From the IMG/VR virus record IMGVR_UViG_2061766007_004331: a DNA stretch of 46,080 nt. One strand, given 5' to 3'. Each line of letters begins with the position of its first letter. Position 1 is the stretch's first letter. Source of the DNA: an uncultured virus (IMG/VR IMGVR_UViG_2061766007_004331) (lineage: Duplodnaviria; Heunggongvirae; Uroviricota; Caudoviricetes). Below are positions 19,382-30,015 of the stretch, piece after piece. The notes beneath the pieces are model-generated. The model was not told the origin of the DNA. It ran no database searches and saw nothing but the letters and a program-made list of their open reading frames with translations. The translations under genes were made by a program, and so were the position numbers.

Positions 19382-21559
19382 TCAGGTCTTTCTGTATGCC
19401 ATGAGCTCGTCGCCAGCTGCCTTCAAGGGGAGACCTGGTGCCCAGGCTGGAGGAACAGCCATGATGTTGCAAACTTCATCCAGGCTGCCTTGCCCGATGG
19501 GTACTTCCAGGATTACTTCATCGTGGACGTGGAACACAACGGGATAACCGGCAGCCTCCAGATTCAACATGGAATTGGCCAGCAGATCACGGGCGATGGA
19601 CTGGGTACAGTTTTCGACGAGAGTTGCTCCATAGGTTTCGACCGGGTCCATTTTCCCTGTATTGTTTGGCATGTANNNNNNNNNNNNNNNNNNNNNNNNN
19701 NNNNNNNNNNNNNNNNNNNNNNNNNNNNNNNNNNNNNNNNNNNNNNNNNNNNNNNNNNNNNNNNNNNNNNNNNNNNNAAGGGTCACCTTACCGCATTGTA
19801 AGGTTGTTTTTTGATCAACGACCCGCCGAGCAGTACGATCCATGGCCGACCAGAAGGCTACGATGTGAGGATTAGCAGCACGCCAGGCAGTGACGATCTC
19901 GAGGAGCTNNNNNNNNNNNNNNNNNNNNNNNNNNNNNNNNNNNNNNNNNNNNNNNNNNNNNNNNNNNNNNNNNNNNNNNNNNNNNNNNNNNNNNNNNNNN
20001 NNNNNNNNNNNNNNNNNNNNNNNNNNNNNNNNNNNNNNNNNNNNNNNNNNNNNNNNNNNNNNNNNNNNNNNNNNNNNNNNNNNNNNNNNNNNNNNNNNNN
20101 NNNNNNNNNNNNNNNNNNNNNNNNNNNNNNNNNNNNNNNNNNNNNNNNNNNNNNNNNNNNNNNNNNNNNNNNNNNNNNNNNNNNNNNNNNNNNNNNNNNN
20201 NNNNNNNNNNNNNNNNNNNNNNNNNNNNNNNNNNNNNNNNNNNNNNNNNNNNNNNNNNNNNNNNNNNNNNNNNNNNNNNNNNNNNNNNNNNNNNNNNNNN
20301 NNNNNNNNNNNNNNNNNNNNNNNNNNNNNNNNNNNNNNNNNNNNNNNNNNNNNNNNNNNNNNNNNNNNNNNNNNNNNNNNNNNNNNNNNNNNNNNNNNNN
20401 NNNNNNNNNNNNNNNNNNNNNNNNNNNNNNNNNNNNNNNNNNNNNNNNNNNNNNNNNNNNNNNNNNNNNNNNNNNNNNNNNNNNNNNNNNNNNNNNNNNN
20501 NNNNNNNNNNNNNNNNNNNNNNNNNNNNNNNNNNNNNNNNNNNNNNNNNNNNNNNNNNNNNNNNNNNNNNNNNNNNNNNNNNNNNNNNNNNNNNNNNNNN
20601 NNNNTGACCCCATGGACGCGACCATCCTTACAGACGGTACGCGCCATCGCTTCATACTTTTTGACGGAAGCTTTGCTCAGGTCCAGGCGGAGCCGAAGGA
20701 GCTCCGCAACATCGCCTTTCGCATCCTTAGCTTTTTCCTGAACGATCTTCTTTGCTAGGGTTTCCATGGGCATGTCCTGATCCGCCAGCCATGCTTTGAG
20801 CTGAACAACGCTGGAGGGATTCTCCAGACCGGTGATTTCCTGCGCACGCTGGTAAGCTTTGTCTGTGAACACTTTATCCACAGCCAGCGCAGCCTTGACC
20901 AGGTGCTTATCGATGCGGACACCGCGACGGTTAATGATCTGATCCAGCGTGAACAGCTCCCATTCGGAATCAGGAACAGGGTACTTCTCCAGTTCCCGAA
21001 CAACGGCACGCTCGGTCTCGACGTCCTGTTTGTTGTATTTCTTGTACAGTTCCCATTTCTCAGGAGCGTCACCAGGGAGGTTGCGGGTTCGTCCGCCGTT
21101 GGCCTTGGTAGGCTTGCAGGGAACGGAAAAGTAGCGGATCAGGTCTTTACCTTCCTCCATCTTCCGTTCGGTCACGTTTAGGGCGACGGCAACATCAGCC
21201 AGTTTTAAGGGCAGGGTGTTGTAGGATGCCATGATCATGCTGCATTGCCATTGATGAGGATCAAGCCAGTGCCCCAGATGGCGGGACAGGCAGACAATTT
21301 CAAAAGTCGCGTTATGGGCAATCTTGATGATATTCGGATCATCCATTGCTGAAATGAAATCGGGTGGGAGCGGTTCACCTCGGGCCAGATCAATCGTGAT
21401 CAGGGGGTCATTGTCATAGCCATAGGTGGCCAGGAGGATCTGGAAATCTGATGCCTGAGCATAACGGTAGACGCCACCCTTCGGGAGACTCTCTGAAGAG
21501 TAGGTTTCAATATCCACAAAAAGCTGGTGCTTAGTAGTGGGTCCACGAATAAGTGACAT
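19382..21559 (-). CDS. phage family A DNA polymerase (SPO2-like)
   Basis: exonuclease DIETYS, AHNATFE; polymerase C-terminus ENCTQSIARD, FHVHDE. Confidence 0.92.
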   Translation of the reverse strand: MSLIRGPTTKHQLFVDIETYSSESLPKGGVYRYAQASDFQILLATYGYDNDPLITIDLARGEPLPPDFISAMDDPNIIKIAHNATFEIVCLSRHLGHWLDPHQWQCSMIMASYNTLPLKLADVAVALNVTERKMEEGKDLIRYFSVPCKPTKANGGRTRNLPGDAPEKWELYKKYNKQDVETERAVVRELEKYPVPDSEWELFTLDQIINRRGVRIDKHLVKAALAVDKVFTDKAYQRAQEITGLENPSSVVQLKAWLADQDMPMETLAKKIVQEKAKDAKGDVAELLRLRLDLSKASVKKYEAMARTVCKDGRVHGVXXXXXXXXXXXXXXXXXXXXXXXXXXXXXXXXXXXXXXXXXXXXXXXXXXXXXXXXXXXXXXXXXXXXXXXXXXXXXXXXXXXXXXXXXXXXXXXXXXXXXXXXXXXXXXXXXXXXXXXXXXXXXXXXXXXXXXXXXXXXXXXXXXXXXXXXXXXXXXXXXXXXXXXXXXXXXXXXXXXXXXXXXXXXXXXXXXXXXXXXXXXXXXXXXXXXXXXXXXXXXXXXXXXXXXXXXLLEIVTAWRAANPHIVAFWSAMDRTARRVVDQKTTLQCGKVTLXXXXXXXXXXXXXXXXXXXXXXXXXXXXXXXXXXYMPNNTGKMDPVETYGATLVENCTQSIARDLLANSMLNLEAAGYPVVFHVHDEVILEVPIGQGSLDEVCNIMAVPPAWAPGLPLKAAGDELMAYRKT

Positions 21560-21654
21560 GGTTTGTACCTCCGGCGAGTGTCAAATTGATAGTTGATTGT
21601 TTTGTGGAATTATCGTATGATCAAATTGAAACAAGGGAAGGAGGAAACGGCATC

Positions 21655-21954
21655 ATGAGCAGGGTTTATACTGTTTCACAGATCAAGGCCATTCTTCAGC
21701 CTGTGTTTCAGAAGCATTGCGTCAGGAAAGCGATCTTGTTCGGCTCGTACAGCAAAGGTCAGGCAACTCGCGATAGCGATGTAGATATTATGGTTGACAG
21801 CTGCTTACAGGGGCTCGCATTCTTCGGCCTGATGGATGACGTGTGTGAGTCTCTCGACTGTGAGGTGGACATGATCGATACACGGGATGTTATTCCTGAT
21901 TCCAGGGTGGATCGTGAGATTCGCGATACAGGGGTCGTGATCTATGAGCAATAG
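21655..21954 (+). CDS. minimal nucleotidyltransferase (MNT) antitoxin-like protein
   Basis: LFGSYSKG..SDVDIMVD..VDMID; the overlapping downstream ORF stops after 14 codons. Confidence 0.85.
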   Translation: MSRVYTVSQIKAILQPVFQKHCVRKAILFGSYSKGQATRDSDVDIMVDSCLQGLAFFGLMDDVCESLDCEVDMIDTRDVIPDSRVDREIRDTGVVIYEQ

Positions 21955-21968
21955 TCAGAAATATGATT

Positions 21969-22012
21969 GCCGGGCATCACATTGTTGAAATGATGTGGTG
22001 CCCGGCTTTCTT
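21969..22012. terminator. terminator between convergent genes
   Basis: GCCGGGCATCACAT/ATGTGGTGCCCGGC stem plus T tail. Confidence 0.65.
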
Positions 22013-22021
22013 GTTATACTT

Positions 22022-22561
22022 TCAGCTGAGGAAGTCCTCATCATCATCCGTATCGAGGACATCGAACTCGTCTTCAGCGCGAAGACGGCCGTTCAGCGGA
22101 TCGCCGTCATCCCAGAACTGAACGTTCTGTAGACCGCAGGCAACTCCGCGATTTCCATTGGAGTTAAACGGGTACATGTTGATGCTGGCGCGGATGTAGC
22201 AGCCGGAGTACACGACTGAAGGATCAGTGATCGGAACACGCCTGCGATCGACCACACCGGGGCGGTCATCCGTGGTTGCGTTGATGAAGCAGGTGTTCTT
22301 GTACACCGGATCATCCGGACGTTCCAAATCGCCATCTCGGAGAGGAGTTTTCAGGTTGGGAGGAATCTTGCCGCCCCACTTCGACTTGCCATTCTCCATG
22401 GCCTCTTTGGTGGCTGCTTCGATCTTTCCAATCGTATCCGTATCGCTCTTGGGGATGATCAAGGAGACGGAGTACTTGGCTTTATTGCCGTTCTGCCCGT
22501 AGGGCTCAAACAGGTGAACATAGGAGGCGCGGCACTTGCCGGTGATGACTTTCGTTGCCAT
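22022..22561 (-). CDS. DUF2815 family phage ssDNA-binding protein
   Basis: TKVITGKCRASYVHLFEP, KYSVSLIIPK, PLRDGD, VYSGCY, GNRGVACGL, acidic tail. Confidence 0.88.
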   Translation of the reverse strand: MATKVITGKCRASYVHLFEPYGQNGNKAKYSVSLIIPKSDTDTIGKIEAATKEAMENGKSKWGGKIPPNLKTPLRDGDLERPDDPVYKNTCFINATTDDRPGVVDRRRVPITDPSVVYSGCYIRASINMYPFNSNGNRGVACGLQNVQFWDDGDPLNGRLRAEDEFDVLDTDDDEDFLS

Positions 22562-22758
22562 TGTTTTATCCTTTCTGCCTTTCGGCATCATTTTAGAGAG
22601 TAACCAGTGTTATAGGAATACAGTACGCTGACCTGACACACTATAGCCGGTATCGCTGTATCAGGCCGGGGCGACCGGATTGGTAGGGCCGACGCCACTG
22701 CCTTGGACGGAATGCCAGAATAGGGAAGCATGGCAATAAAGTGATTCATAGTGTCCCC

Positions 22759-24037
22759 TCAGTCGTCCGAACTGAAGTCATCGGCGGCATTGGATATCGG
22801 CTCACGCTTATCGGACAATGGTGCGAGTTCCGGTTTGCCTTCCGGCTTGAATACGTAGGGGCTGACGATCTCCTTGAAGGCTTTCCTACCGATGGCTTTT
22901 TCCAGGTCGGAGATACCCAGCAGAGTGGTCTTGTAGATGTTCGTGTAGCCCGCCTCGGTGCAGACACGGATAACATCAGCATCGGAGGTGTACTTGCGCT
23001 TGGTCTGGGAAGCTACCAGCTTGTACCCGGGCCAGGTCTTCCCTTTGACAGCCTGTGCGGTGGCGTAGGATACCAGATCCTCCACCCACTTGGTCAGGTT
23101 CTGTGCGACGGGCAGGATATCAGCGATCTCCTCATCCGTGAGGAGGTCAGCCTCCTTGAAGTCCTTCCGGGCCAGAGACATGTAGTATTCAGACCGTGCA
23201 CGGCAGGTGAATCTTACTTTGCAGAAGCGGCAATGCTCACCGGCTTTGAACTCACCTTTACCGGCAATCGCGAGGGCAGCCTTTGGAGCTACTTCGGTTT
23301 CGGCCCAGTGAAGCAGGTCTTCCGGCGTGATCTCATAGGAAGACGTGTTGTGCAGTCGGGGCTGGACGATGCTCATGCGGATGGTGTGGATATCATAGAG
23401 AGGATCGAACTCCAGGAGCCNNNNNNNNNNNNNNNNNNNNNNNNNNCTGAGGATTACTCTCAGCTTCCACACGCACGCCGCGGCCGCCCTTGAAGTCGAT
23501 GATCTCCAGGACACCGTCGCCAACGATCAGCATGTCGCCAGTACCGAAGCCGCCGGGCACGTACTCTGAGTAGTCCAGTTTGTGCTCCACCAGAATCAGC
23601 GGGTCCGGGCATGAAGCACGGACAGCCTCAATGATTTCCACACAAAAGTTGACGTACTCGTCAGTGACCTCCTCNNNNNNNNNNNNNNNNNNNNNNNNNN
23701 NNNNGGCCTCAATGATTTCCACACAAAAGTTGACGTACTCGTCAGTGACCTCCTCGGCCTCTTCGGTATAGAACTCATTGTCCATGTGCTCCCGGTATTC
23801 CGCTTCCAGGATCGCCGGGTCAGTGTCCTGCAGGTACTTGTGGAGCTTCAGCTCACATAGCTCATGCAGGAAGGTGCCTTCCTCTGCGAATACCGTCGGC
23901 TGGTCCTCGATCTTATCCGCCAGCAAGGCGGAGGGAGGACAGTTCATCCAGCGGTGTGCGCTGGAGGCTGATAGCAGCGCGTGAGCGCGGTGAGCATGGT
24001 CGATGGGCTCAGTTACAGGGAGGGAGGTATCAGGCAA
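22759..24037 (-). CDS. DUF2800 family Cas4-like PD-(D/E)XK nuclease
   Basis: HALLSASSAHRWMNCPPS, GFGTGD..IIDFK, IVQPRL, GEHCRFCK..CRAR; frames change at gaps. Confidence 0.88.
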
Positions 24038-24377
24038 TCGCTTCTACCTCCTTCTTGAAGACGGCATACTCAGCCTCGGGCAGTTCGGGCAGCCGGTTCA
24101 CACCGTGCTTGGCCAGTAATGCCTTGACCTGAGCTTTTTGCTCTTTGGTCTTGGCCTTATCGGCGGTGAAAGCACGAAGCGTAGGAAGATCAAGCGTCGG
24201 CGCTGACTCGGCCTGACTCTGAGATGCCGGTTCAGGAGTGATGGACGACGCGGCTGCAGGGGCTGGCNNNNNNNNNNNNNNNNNNNNNNNNNNNNNNNNN
24301 NNNNNNNNNNNNNNNNNNNNNNCTGCGACAGCACGGATGCTGTCAGCGAGGTCCAGTAACAGTTTGGTTCGTGACAT
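24030..24377 (-). CDS. conserved phage hypothetical protein usually preceding DUF2800
   Basis: MSRTKLLLDLADSIRAVA..VKALLAKHGVNRLPEL; AAGGAGG RBS. Confidence 0.75.
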   Translation of the reverse strand: MSRTKLLLDLADSIRAVAXXXXXXXXXXXXXXXXXXXPAPAAASSITPEPASQSQAESAPTLDLPTLRAFTADKAKTKEQKAQVKALLAKHGVNRLPELPEAEYAVFKKEVEAIA

Positions 24378-24565
24378 GTGTTCCTCCTTGGTGGAGGGCA
24401 CCATGAACAGGCAAGCGGGATTAATAGCACCTGGTAGTGGCCAGCNNNNNNNNNNNNNNNNNNNNNNNNNNNNNNNNNNNNNNNNNNNNNNNNNNNNNNN
24501 NNNNNNNNNNNNNNNNNNNNNNNNNNNNNNNNNNNNNNNNNNNNNNNNNNNNNNNNNNNNNNNNN

Positions 24566-24788
24566 GATAGGCGGTCACGAGCGTGCCGTCATCGTAGCGG
24601 ACGGTGAACTCTTCGATCATGGGATCACCGGCTTCATTGTGATGCTCGATGTACTCCGCGAGATCGCGGATCATGATGAAGGGATTGACGCGTTCGCCTT
24701 CGCTGTTGAGGCGCTTTATGTCACGCTGGCCTTTCCGGGAAAACTCGACGTGAATCCTGAGATCGCTGGTGTCGTACTTGCTGTACAT
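24566..24788 (-). CDS. hypothetical protein (3' end in gap)
   Basis: MYSKYDTSDLRIHVEF with GGAGGT RBS. Confidence 0.65.
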
Positions 24789-24911
24789 GGTGTACCTCCG
24801 TAATAGGGAGCGTTGGCTCCGGTCGTTGTGGAGCCTGCGCTCCGGGGGTGGTTGTGATGCTGTGAGANNNNNNNNNNNNNNNNNNNNNTGGGTCAGAGAA
24901 ACGGATTTGTA

Positions 24912-24949
24912 ATAGAAAAGAGCCGGGGTGCTGTGCACACCTCGGCTCT
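24912..24949 (-). terminator. terminator/attenuator in operon leader
   Basis: AGAGCCGAGGTG/CACCCCGGCTCT stem followed by TTT on minus strand. Confidence 0.6.
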
Positions 24950-25425
24950 CGTGTGAAGGCTCACGAATGCAGAGGTATGCCAGCTGCGAATGCACCACTG
25001 TTCAAAGCCTCAAAAAGGCAGACTGGTAGTAGGGTGATTCGCAGGACATCCGCTGCCGCTCGCGAGTCGGCTGTGGGNNNNNNNNNNNNNNNNNNNNNNN
25101 NNNNNNNNNNNNNNNNNNNNNNNNNNNNNNNNNNNNNNNNNNNNNNNNNNNNNNNNNNNNNNNNNNNNNNNNNNNNNNNNNNNNNNNNNNNNNNNGGTAT
25201 AATAATCACAAAATACGCCCGAAAATGAATAAATCGGTGATTTCTGTATAAACCACCATTCATTTTTCAGTTCATATTTTGACCTGTTCAGGAAAAATAT
25301 TTTATGGTATTTTCTTGTTGGGCTCGGGAACACTTGATTCTTATCTGTATAAACTGATGGAAANNNNNNNNNNNNNNNNNNNNNNNNNNNNNNNNNNNNN
25401 NNNNNNNNNNNNNNNNNNNNNNNNN

Positions 25426-26194
25426 CGGTATCAATGAAAAAGATAAAGAAAAGCGTATGGAGAACCTGCGTATCTGCACAAACTATCTATTCGAGTATTT
25501 TGTCAATTATATGGACTCAATGCCTGAGGATGAAAAGACAAGACTGCAAAATAAAAAGATCGAGAAGTATCGAGACCGATTAAGCAATTACTCTGAAGAC
25601 ATACGAACCTGGCTTATCGATTTATACTCTGAATATGGTAAATACGTAAACGTCAATATAAGAAACATGATCGAAGACGATCTATTTCTTTTATATGATT
25701 CAGACGCTGAATACAGAGCGTTATCGTATGGAATCTATGCGAAAGCTGTTAAGAAAATGCCTTTTTTGACTGGACAATCTGAAAACTTGTTCGAACTGCT
25801 AAAAGACATTCATACAGATGATAGTGTGATGACACCATTCCAAGAAGAGTATATTCTTCCGGGTGATCTGAATGACTGGGTCAGAAAAACATATAATAAA
25901 TATGGGGTCAATCTGTATGCGTTTTGCCACTCATATTTGTGGTGGTTTGATCAAAGCCCCGAAATCTGGCCCAAATCTCGTAAGATGAAAGGAAAGCATT
26001 TTGAACTCTATACTCCCAAAGATCCATTTTATTGGGATTATGATTGCAAACCTGAAGACAATCGTTTTAATCTTGCTGATTTATACCGTCGCATATATAA
26101 TAAACAATTCATTAAAGGGAAAAAGCAAGATTTGGAAGCTGTAATGATGTATGTCTGGATGNNNNNNNNNNNNNNNNNNNNNNNTCTGGCCTGA
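25426..26194 (+). CDS. AT-rich hypothetical protein (ends uncertain, gaps)
   Basis: open frame of more than 245 aa, no recognised motif. Confidence 0.65.
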
Positions 26195-26283
26195 ATATTG
26201 CGAAGAGTACGAGAAAAAGAGCAGTTTGACAATCTGAAAAACAGCACAAAAAAGACCAGCCGGACAGGCTGGCCGAAAGATGA

Positions 26284-28304
26284 TTATAGTTTAATTTCTG
26301 GAAGTCCTCTTGACTTTAGATGTTCGTTGGCGGCCTCGATTCCATCCATCCATTCTACACGTAGAATGTGTTTGAAGACGAGGTGTCGTTTATTTGTATT
26401 GCTCAGATGGATATAAGCGCGGTCCAATAGGAGTTCAGCAATGAAATCAGGAAGCTTCCATAATAGGATGAAGAACATGACGAAGTCTACGGTTAACAAA
26501 TCAGGGTTATCCCGATGACGTTTGATTTTGCTGAGGGAGATGCCAGTGATCTCTTCGAGGTCTTCCAGTGTCATATGGTTTTGTTCACGAAGCATATCAA
26601 AGGCGGCCTTGAAGGTTTTTGGAAATGTCTCCTCGTATTCTGCGATCGCATCTTCTATAGGAGACTGCTGATCATTCAGGTAAAATTGAGTTTGCTTGAC
26701 ATAGTCGGAATCATAGTTCAAACGCCCGGGCTTGTAGCGTCCGATGTTTTTGAGCTTGTATTCTCTGGAAAAACGCAGAGCACACTGATCAAGTTGCTTG
26801 TATGCCAAAGGGGTTAAGTAATAGCCGTCATCATCCCTGCAAACATACGGTTCGCTGTTGCGGACAATGTGTCCGTCGATATAGATGAATCTTCCGGTAT
26901 CCAGGATGGCGCGGTATTCGGGATTCTTTTCATAAAGCTTGCAGGATGAGTATTTGTCAATGACAAAGGTAGTATTCGGGTGCTCAAGGGAAGCGGGAGA
27001 AAAATCAAAAGGCTGAATGCGTTTTCCCCGAACGTAATTAAGAGCGCCGTGTGCGTGAATATGACCAAACTGAAGCATACGGGCTTTGACCCGAAAATAG
27101 GGCTGGCACAGATCACCGGCAAGATTGATGCCGGCGGTCTCGTAGAGATAACCATTATGGAGAGGGTTTTTCACATTTGCAAGCGCCTCTTGAAGCATCG
27201 GCCTTACTTCAGACGCGGGCATCATCAGACCGTAAGCGCCACGATTTGCCTGCCACTCAATCCAGNNNNNNNNNNNNNNNNNNNNNNNNNNNNNNNACTG
27301 GTATCAGTTTTAACCTCCATGGTTTCCAGAACTCTGAGGTCGTTGCTTAGCGTTTGCTGAAGGACAAAAAAGAGATAATGAACCTGATAATGATAGCATT
27401 CATGGAAGATATCATAGCTGGAATATTCCCGCTTGATGATGTTCGTGTTAATGACGATGGTGTTAGCGGGAACAGTCACTTCGGTTGGTGGCAGTTTCTT
27501 GGCAGTTTGTTCTTTATCCCGGGTTAACACATTTCCCTGGCTGAAGAATAGTATGCTGCCGACACCGTCATCATTATGCAGCGGAAGGTAGATGATGTTG
27601 AGCCCCATACGATGGGCCAGGTCCGTAGCGTTCCTTGCCTGGAGGGATGGCACAATACCATCGTAGTAATATTTCCAGATTTCCTCAGAGATATCATCGA
27701 TTTGTTTGCCGTTTGTATAGGGTACGAGGAAAGTACTCATTCTGATAGCATCCGCGTGATCTGCACGGTTTTCAAGTGCGTTTGCTTCATTGAGACAGCC
27801 CGCCAGTTTGTTACCGTCTGCCCAGAATGAGTAGGCAAAATATCCATTCCAGATCTGAATGCCATCAGGCGAGGTGAGTTTTAATCTGAAGGGGCATTCC
27901 AGGTCAAAACTCGTGCGGTCTGTCCACCATATGTCGGGAGCTTCAAATGACAGCTCATTATGGGTTATTCTTTTTTCGGTGAAAGGGAACGGGATGAGTT
28001 TTCTCAGGCTGCCTGTACGGAGCATTTGATTCAAACGAGAATACATGTTCAGGCGATAAGTATCAAAGAAGAATTTGGGCATGGTTTTAAAGCATGCAAC
28101 CTTGGCTGTTCTCTTTCTTTCGCCATGAGTTTGGTCGTTGGACTCACTGGATTCGACCTCATCTGACTGGACTGCATTGACATTATCCCCATCTTGTTTG
28201 ACGTGGGTAATGATCCCACAGCTGTTCAATTCAGCATAGTAATCCTCATGTGAGGAATCGAATATGTAATTGTAATCTGCAGGAAGAGTGTGGGCTGCTG
28301 CCAT
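26284..28304 (-). CDS. large ImmA/IrrE-family Zn metallopeptidase with C-terminal XRE HTH
   Basis: IFHECYH (HExxH); after the gap WIEWQANRGAYGLMMP joins the two track ORFs; MTLEDLEEITGISLSKIKR HTH. Confidence 0.8.
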
Positions 28305-28394
28305 TTATAACACCTCCGATCTCATCGTCAGCGCCGCGCTCAACAGTAAGCCGTTCCCGATGCGGTCATCCACCAGGTCTGAGCTGTATTTTGA

Positions 28395-28466
28395 ATTCTA
28401 ACACACGAAAATATGATTGTAAATAGAAAATAGGGTATTGCAAATGTTAAATTCTTGTGATACAAT
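28395..28466. promoter_or_regulatory. back-to-back divergent sigma-A promoters
   Basis: minus: TTTACA-17-TAGAAT (28423-28395); plus: TTGCAA-17-TACAAT (28438-28466); both with extended -10 TG. Confidence 0.7.
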
Positions 28467-28541
28467 GAGCGCGTGATATGGGACACCGGGAATTTGGGCA
28501 CCAAAGTCCAAGCCTTGGTTTATGAGAAAGGAGAGGCCGAC

Positions 28542-29399
28542 ATGACACGCAAAGCATCCGTGCCACAGACAAGAAAGCCTTCTGGAATTATAGAGATTAA
28601 AGCCAATGATGTTGATAACCATACTCTTTCCGTGGTTTGCGATCAGATTCGTTATTATCGTGAGAAACGCAATCTGGAGCAGAAGCAGCTTGCCCAGATG
28701 CTTGGACTGAGCGATAATGCAGTTAACAACTGGGAAAAAGGAAGATCTCGTCCGGATGTAAATTTACTGCCCGAAATCTGTACGGTTCTGAACATCACAC
28801 TCTATGAACTATATGCCCTTCGTTCTCCGATGAAGGCGCTGAGCGAAGAAGATCAGGGAGTACTCAAAGACTATCACGCGCTGAGTGAGCCACACCAGAT
28901 GGTGGTACGCAGAACAATGGCGAATTTACATGAGGCAGAGACCATGCGTGTGATTCCCGACCTGGTTGTCGTTCTGGATCCAAAGCGAGCATTGGCTGCC
29001 GGTATTGGTGACCCGTCTGAAATCGATGAGGAATGTGAGCCAGTTTATCTGTACAACTCTCCAGTGAATGATCGAAGCGATTTTGTCTTTAATGTTAATG
29101 GTGAAAGTATGGAACCTGAGTATCATGACGGTGACCGTGTATTGGTCAGAAAACTGACAAGCCGTCATGAAATCGCGCCTGGCGATATCGGCGCTTTCAT
29201 GATTAACAACGAAATGTATATCAAAAAGTATCAGCAGGACGGATTGTGCTCCCTGAACGAAGCGTTTCCCTTTATGCCATTCAGCAGTTATGATCGCGTT
29301 TTCCTGATTGGTAAGGTCATTGGGATACTGGATAAGAATGACCTCGCCTCAGAAGAGGATATCGAGCTCTTCCTGGCGTCTAAGGAAAGCGGAAAATAA
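28542..29399 (+). CDS. XRE HTH + S24 peptidase repressor (LexA/CI-like)
   Basis: QKQLAQMLGLSDNAVNNWEKG HTH, AAG cleavage site, GESMEP Ser, YIKK Lys. Confidence 0.9.
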   Translation: MTRKASVPQTRKPSGIIEIKANDVDNHTLSVVCDQIRYYREKRNLEQKQLAQMLGLSDNAVNNWEKGRSRPDVNLLPEICTVLNITLYELYALRSPMKALSEEDQGVLKDYHALSEPHQMVVRRTMANLHEAETMRVIPDLVVVLDPKRALAAGIGDPSEIDEECEPVYLYNSPVNDRSDFVFNVNGESMEPEYHDGDRVLVRKLTSRHEIAPGDIGAFMINNEMYIKKYQQDGLCSLNEAFPFMPFSSYDRVFLIGKVIGILDKNDLASEEDIELFLASKESGK

Positions 29400-29480
29400 C
29401 AAACGATAAGTAAAAACGCCTGTCGAAAACAAACATTCAACAGGCTTATTTATTGCACCCTTTTTTAGGAGGACGCCACA

Positions 29481-29987
29481 ATGTACAAGTTTTCAGTGGA
29501 CAAAAGCAAGTTACCGGAGCTGCCGATTTATCCGGGAGACACGTTTTATTGGATAGATGAAGGCAGGGGTTATGAGATAGTGCCCGATACCGTAGGGGCT
29601 GTGGTGCTTGGCAAAAATGAACTGCGTATCATTGCCCAGGGGGATCATATTCCTCTGGAAATCGGCAAAGATTACTTCCTGACTTATGAAGCGGCTGAAG
29701 CATGGCTAGCTGAGAACAAGCCTGGTCCTCCTTATGTTTTTCTGGATGATGCACGGAAGTGGATGCCCTATGATAGATGGCTTCCGTATTTTGATGGCTA
29801 TTATATGGTAAGAACAGCGGAAGAAGACGAGACTCAGAAGCGCAAAGCTTATTATGACACGGGTGAACGAAATTCTGAGGATAGGGGGTTTTATACGTCG
29901 AAATCACGCAATGCCCAACCGATCAATAACGTGCTCTACTGGATTGACCAATCCAACCAGGATACAGAAGAAGTGTATATGGGGTAA
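29481..29987 (+). CDS. hypothetical protein
   Basis: 168-aa ORF with AGGAGG RBS. Confidence 0.75.
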   Translation: MYKFSVDKSKLPELPIYPGDTFYWIDEGRGYEIVPDTVGAVVLGKNELRIIAQGDHIPLEIGKDYFLTYEAAEAWLAENKPGPPYVFLDDARKWMPYDRWLPYFDGYYMVRTAEEDETQKRKAYYDTGERNSEDRGFYTSKSRNAQPINNVLYWIDQSNQDTEEVYMG

Positions 29988-30015
29988 GAACAAAATGCAT
30001 GGAGGTGGCTGTTAA

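Larger units (their letters stand above)
1..25077. mobile_element. prophage-like replication and nucleotide-metabolism module
   Basis: DUF2800-DUF2815-PolA-VapE-SNF2-VRR-NUC-ArpU-metK gene set typical of Firmicutes prophages; boundaries not determined. Confidence 0.75.

Noticed and set aside
22588..22749. 53-codon minus-strand ORF between DUF2800 and DUF2815
   Set aside because: Weak RBS and no recognisable motif; cannot be supported.
23625..23754. ~50-bp tandem duplication in DUF2800 (similar cases at 39353-39464 and 39753-39862, and 43585-43634 copying 43222-43273)
   Set aside because: Near-identical copies flank or sit between N gaps; unmerged contig overlaps or misplaced fragments.
22759..24037. 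Cas4-like nuclease as evidence of CRISPR-Cas
   Set aside because: DUF2800 is a standard phage replication gene; no cas operon or repeat-spacer array seen.
29418..29452. Possible SOS box (AAAC-AAAC-ATTC) before the mutagenesis cluster
   Set aside because: Two mismatches to GAAC-N4-GTTC and better explained as the loop of a terminator-like hairpin.
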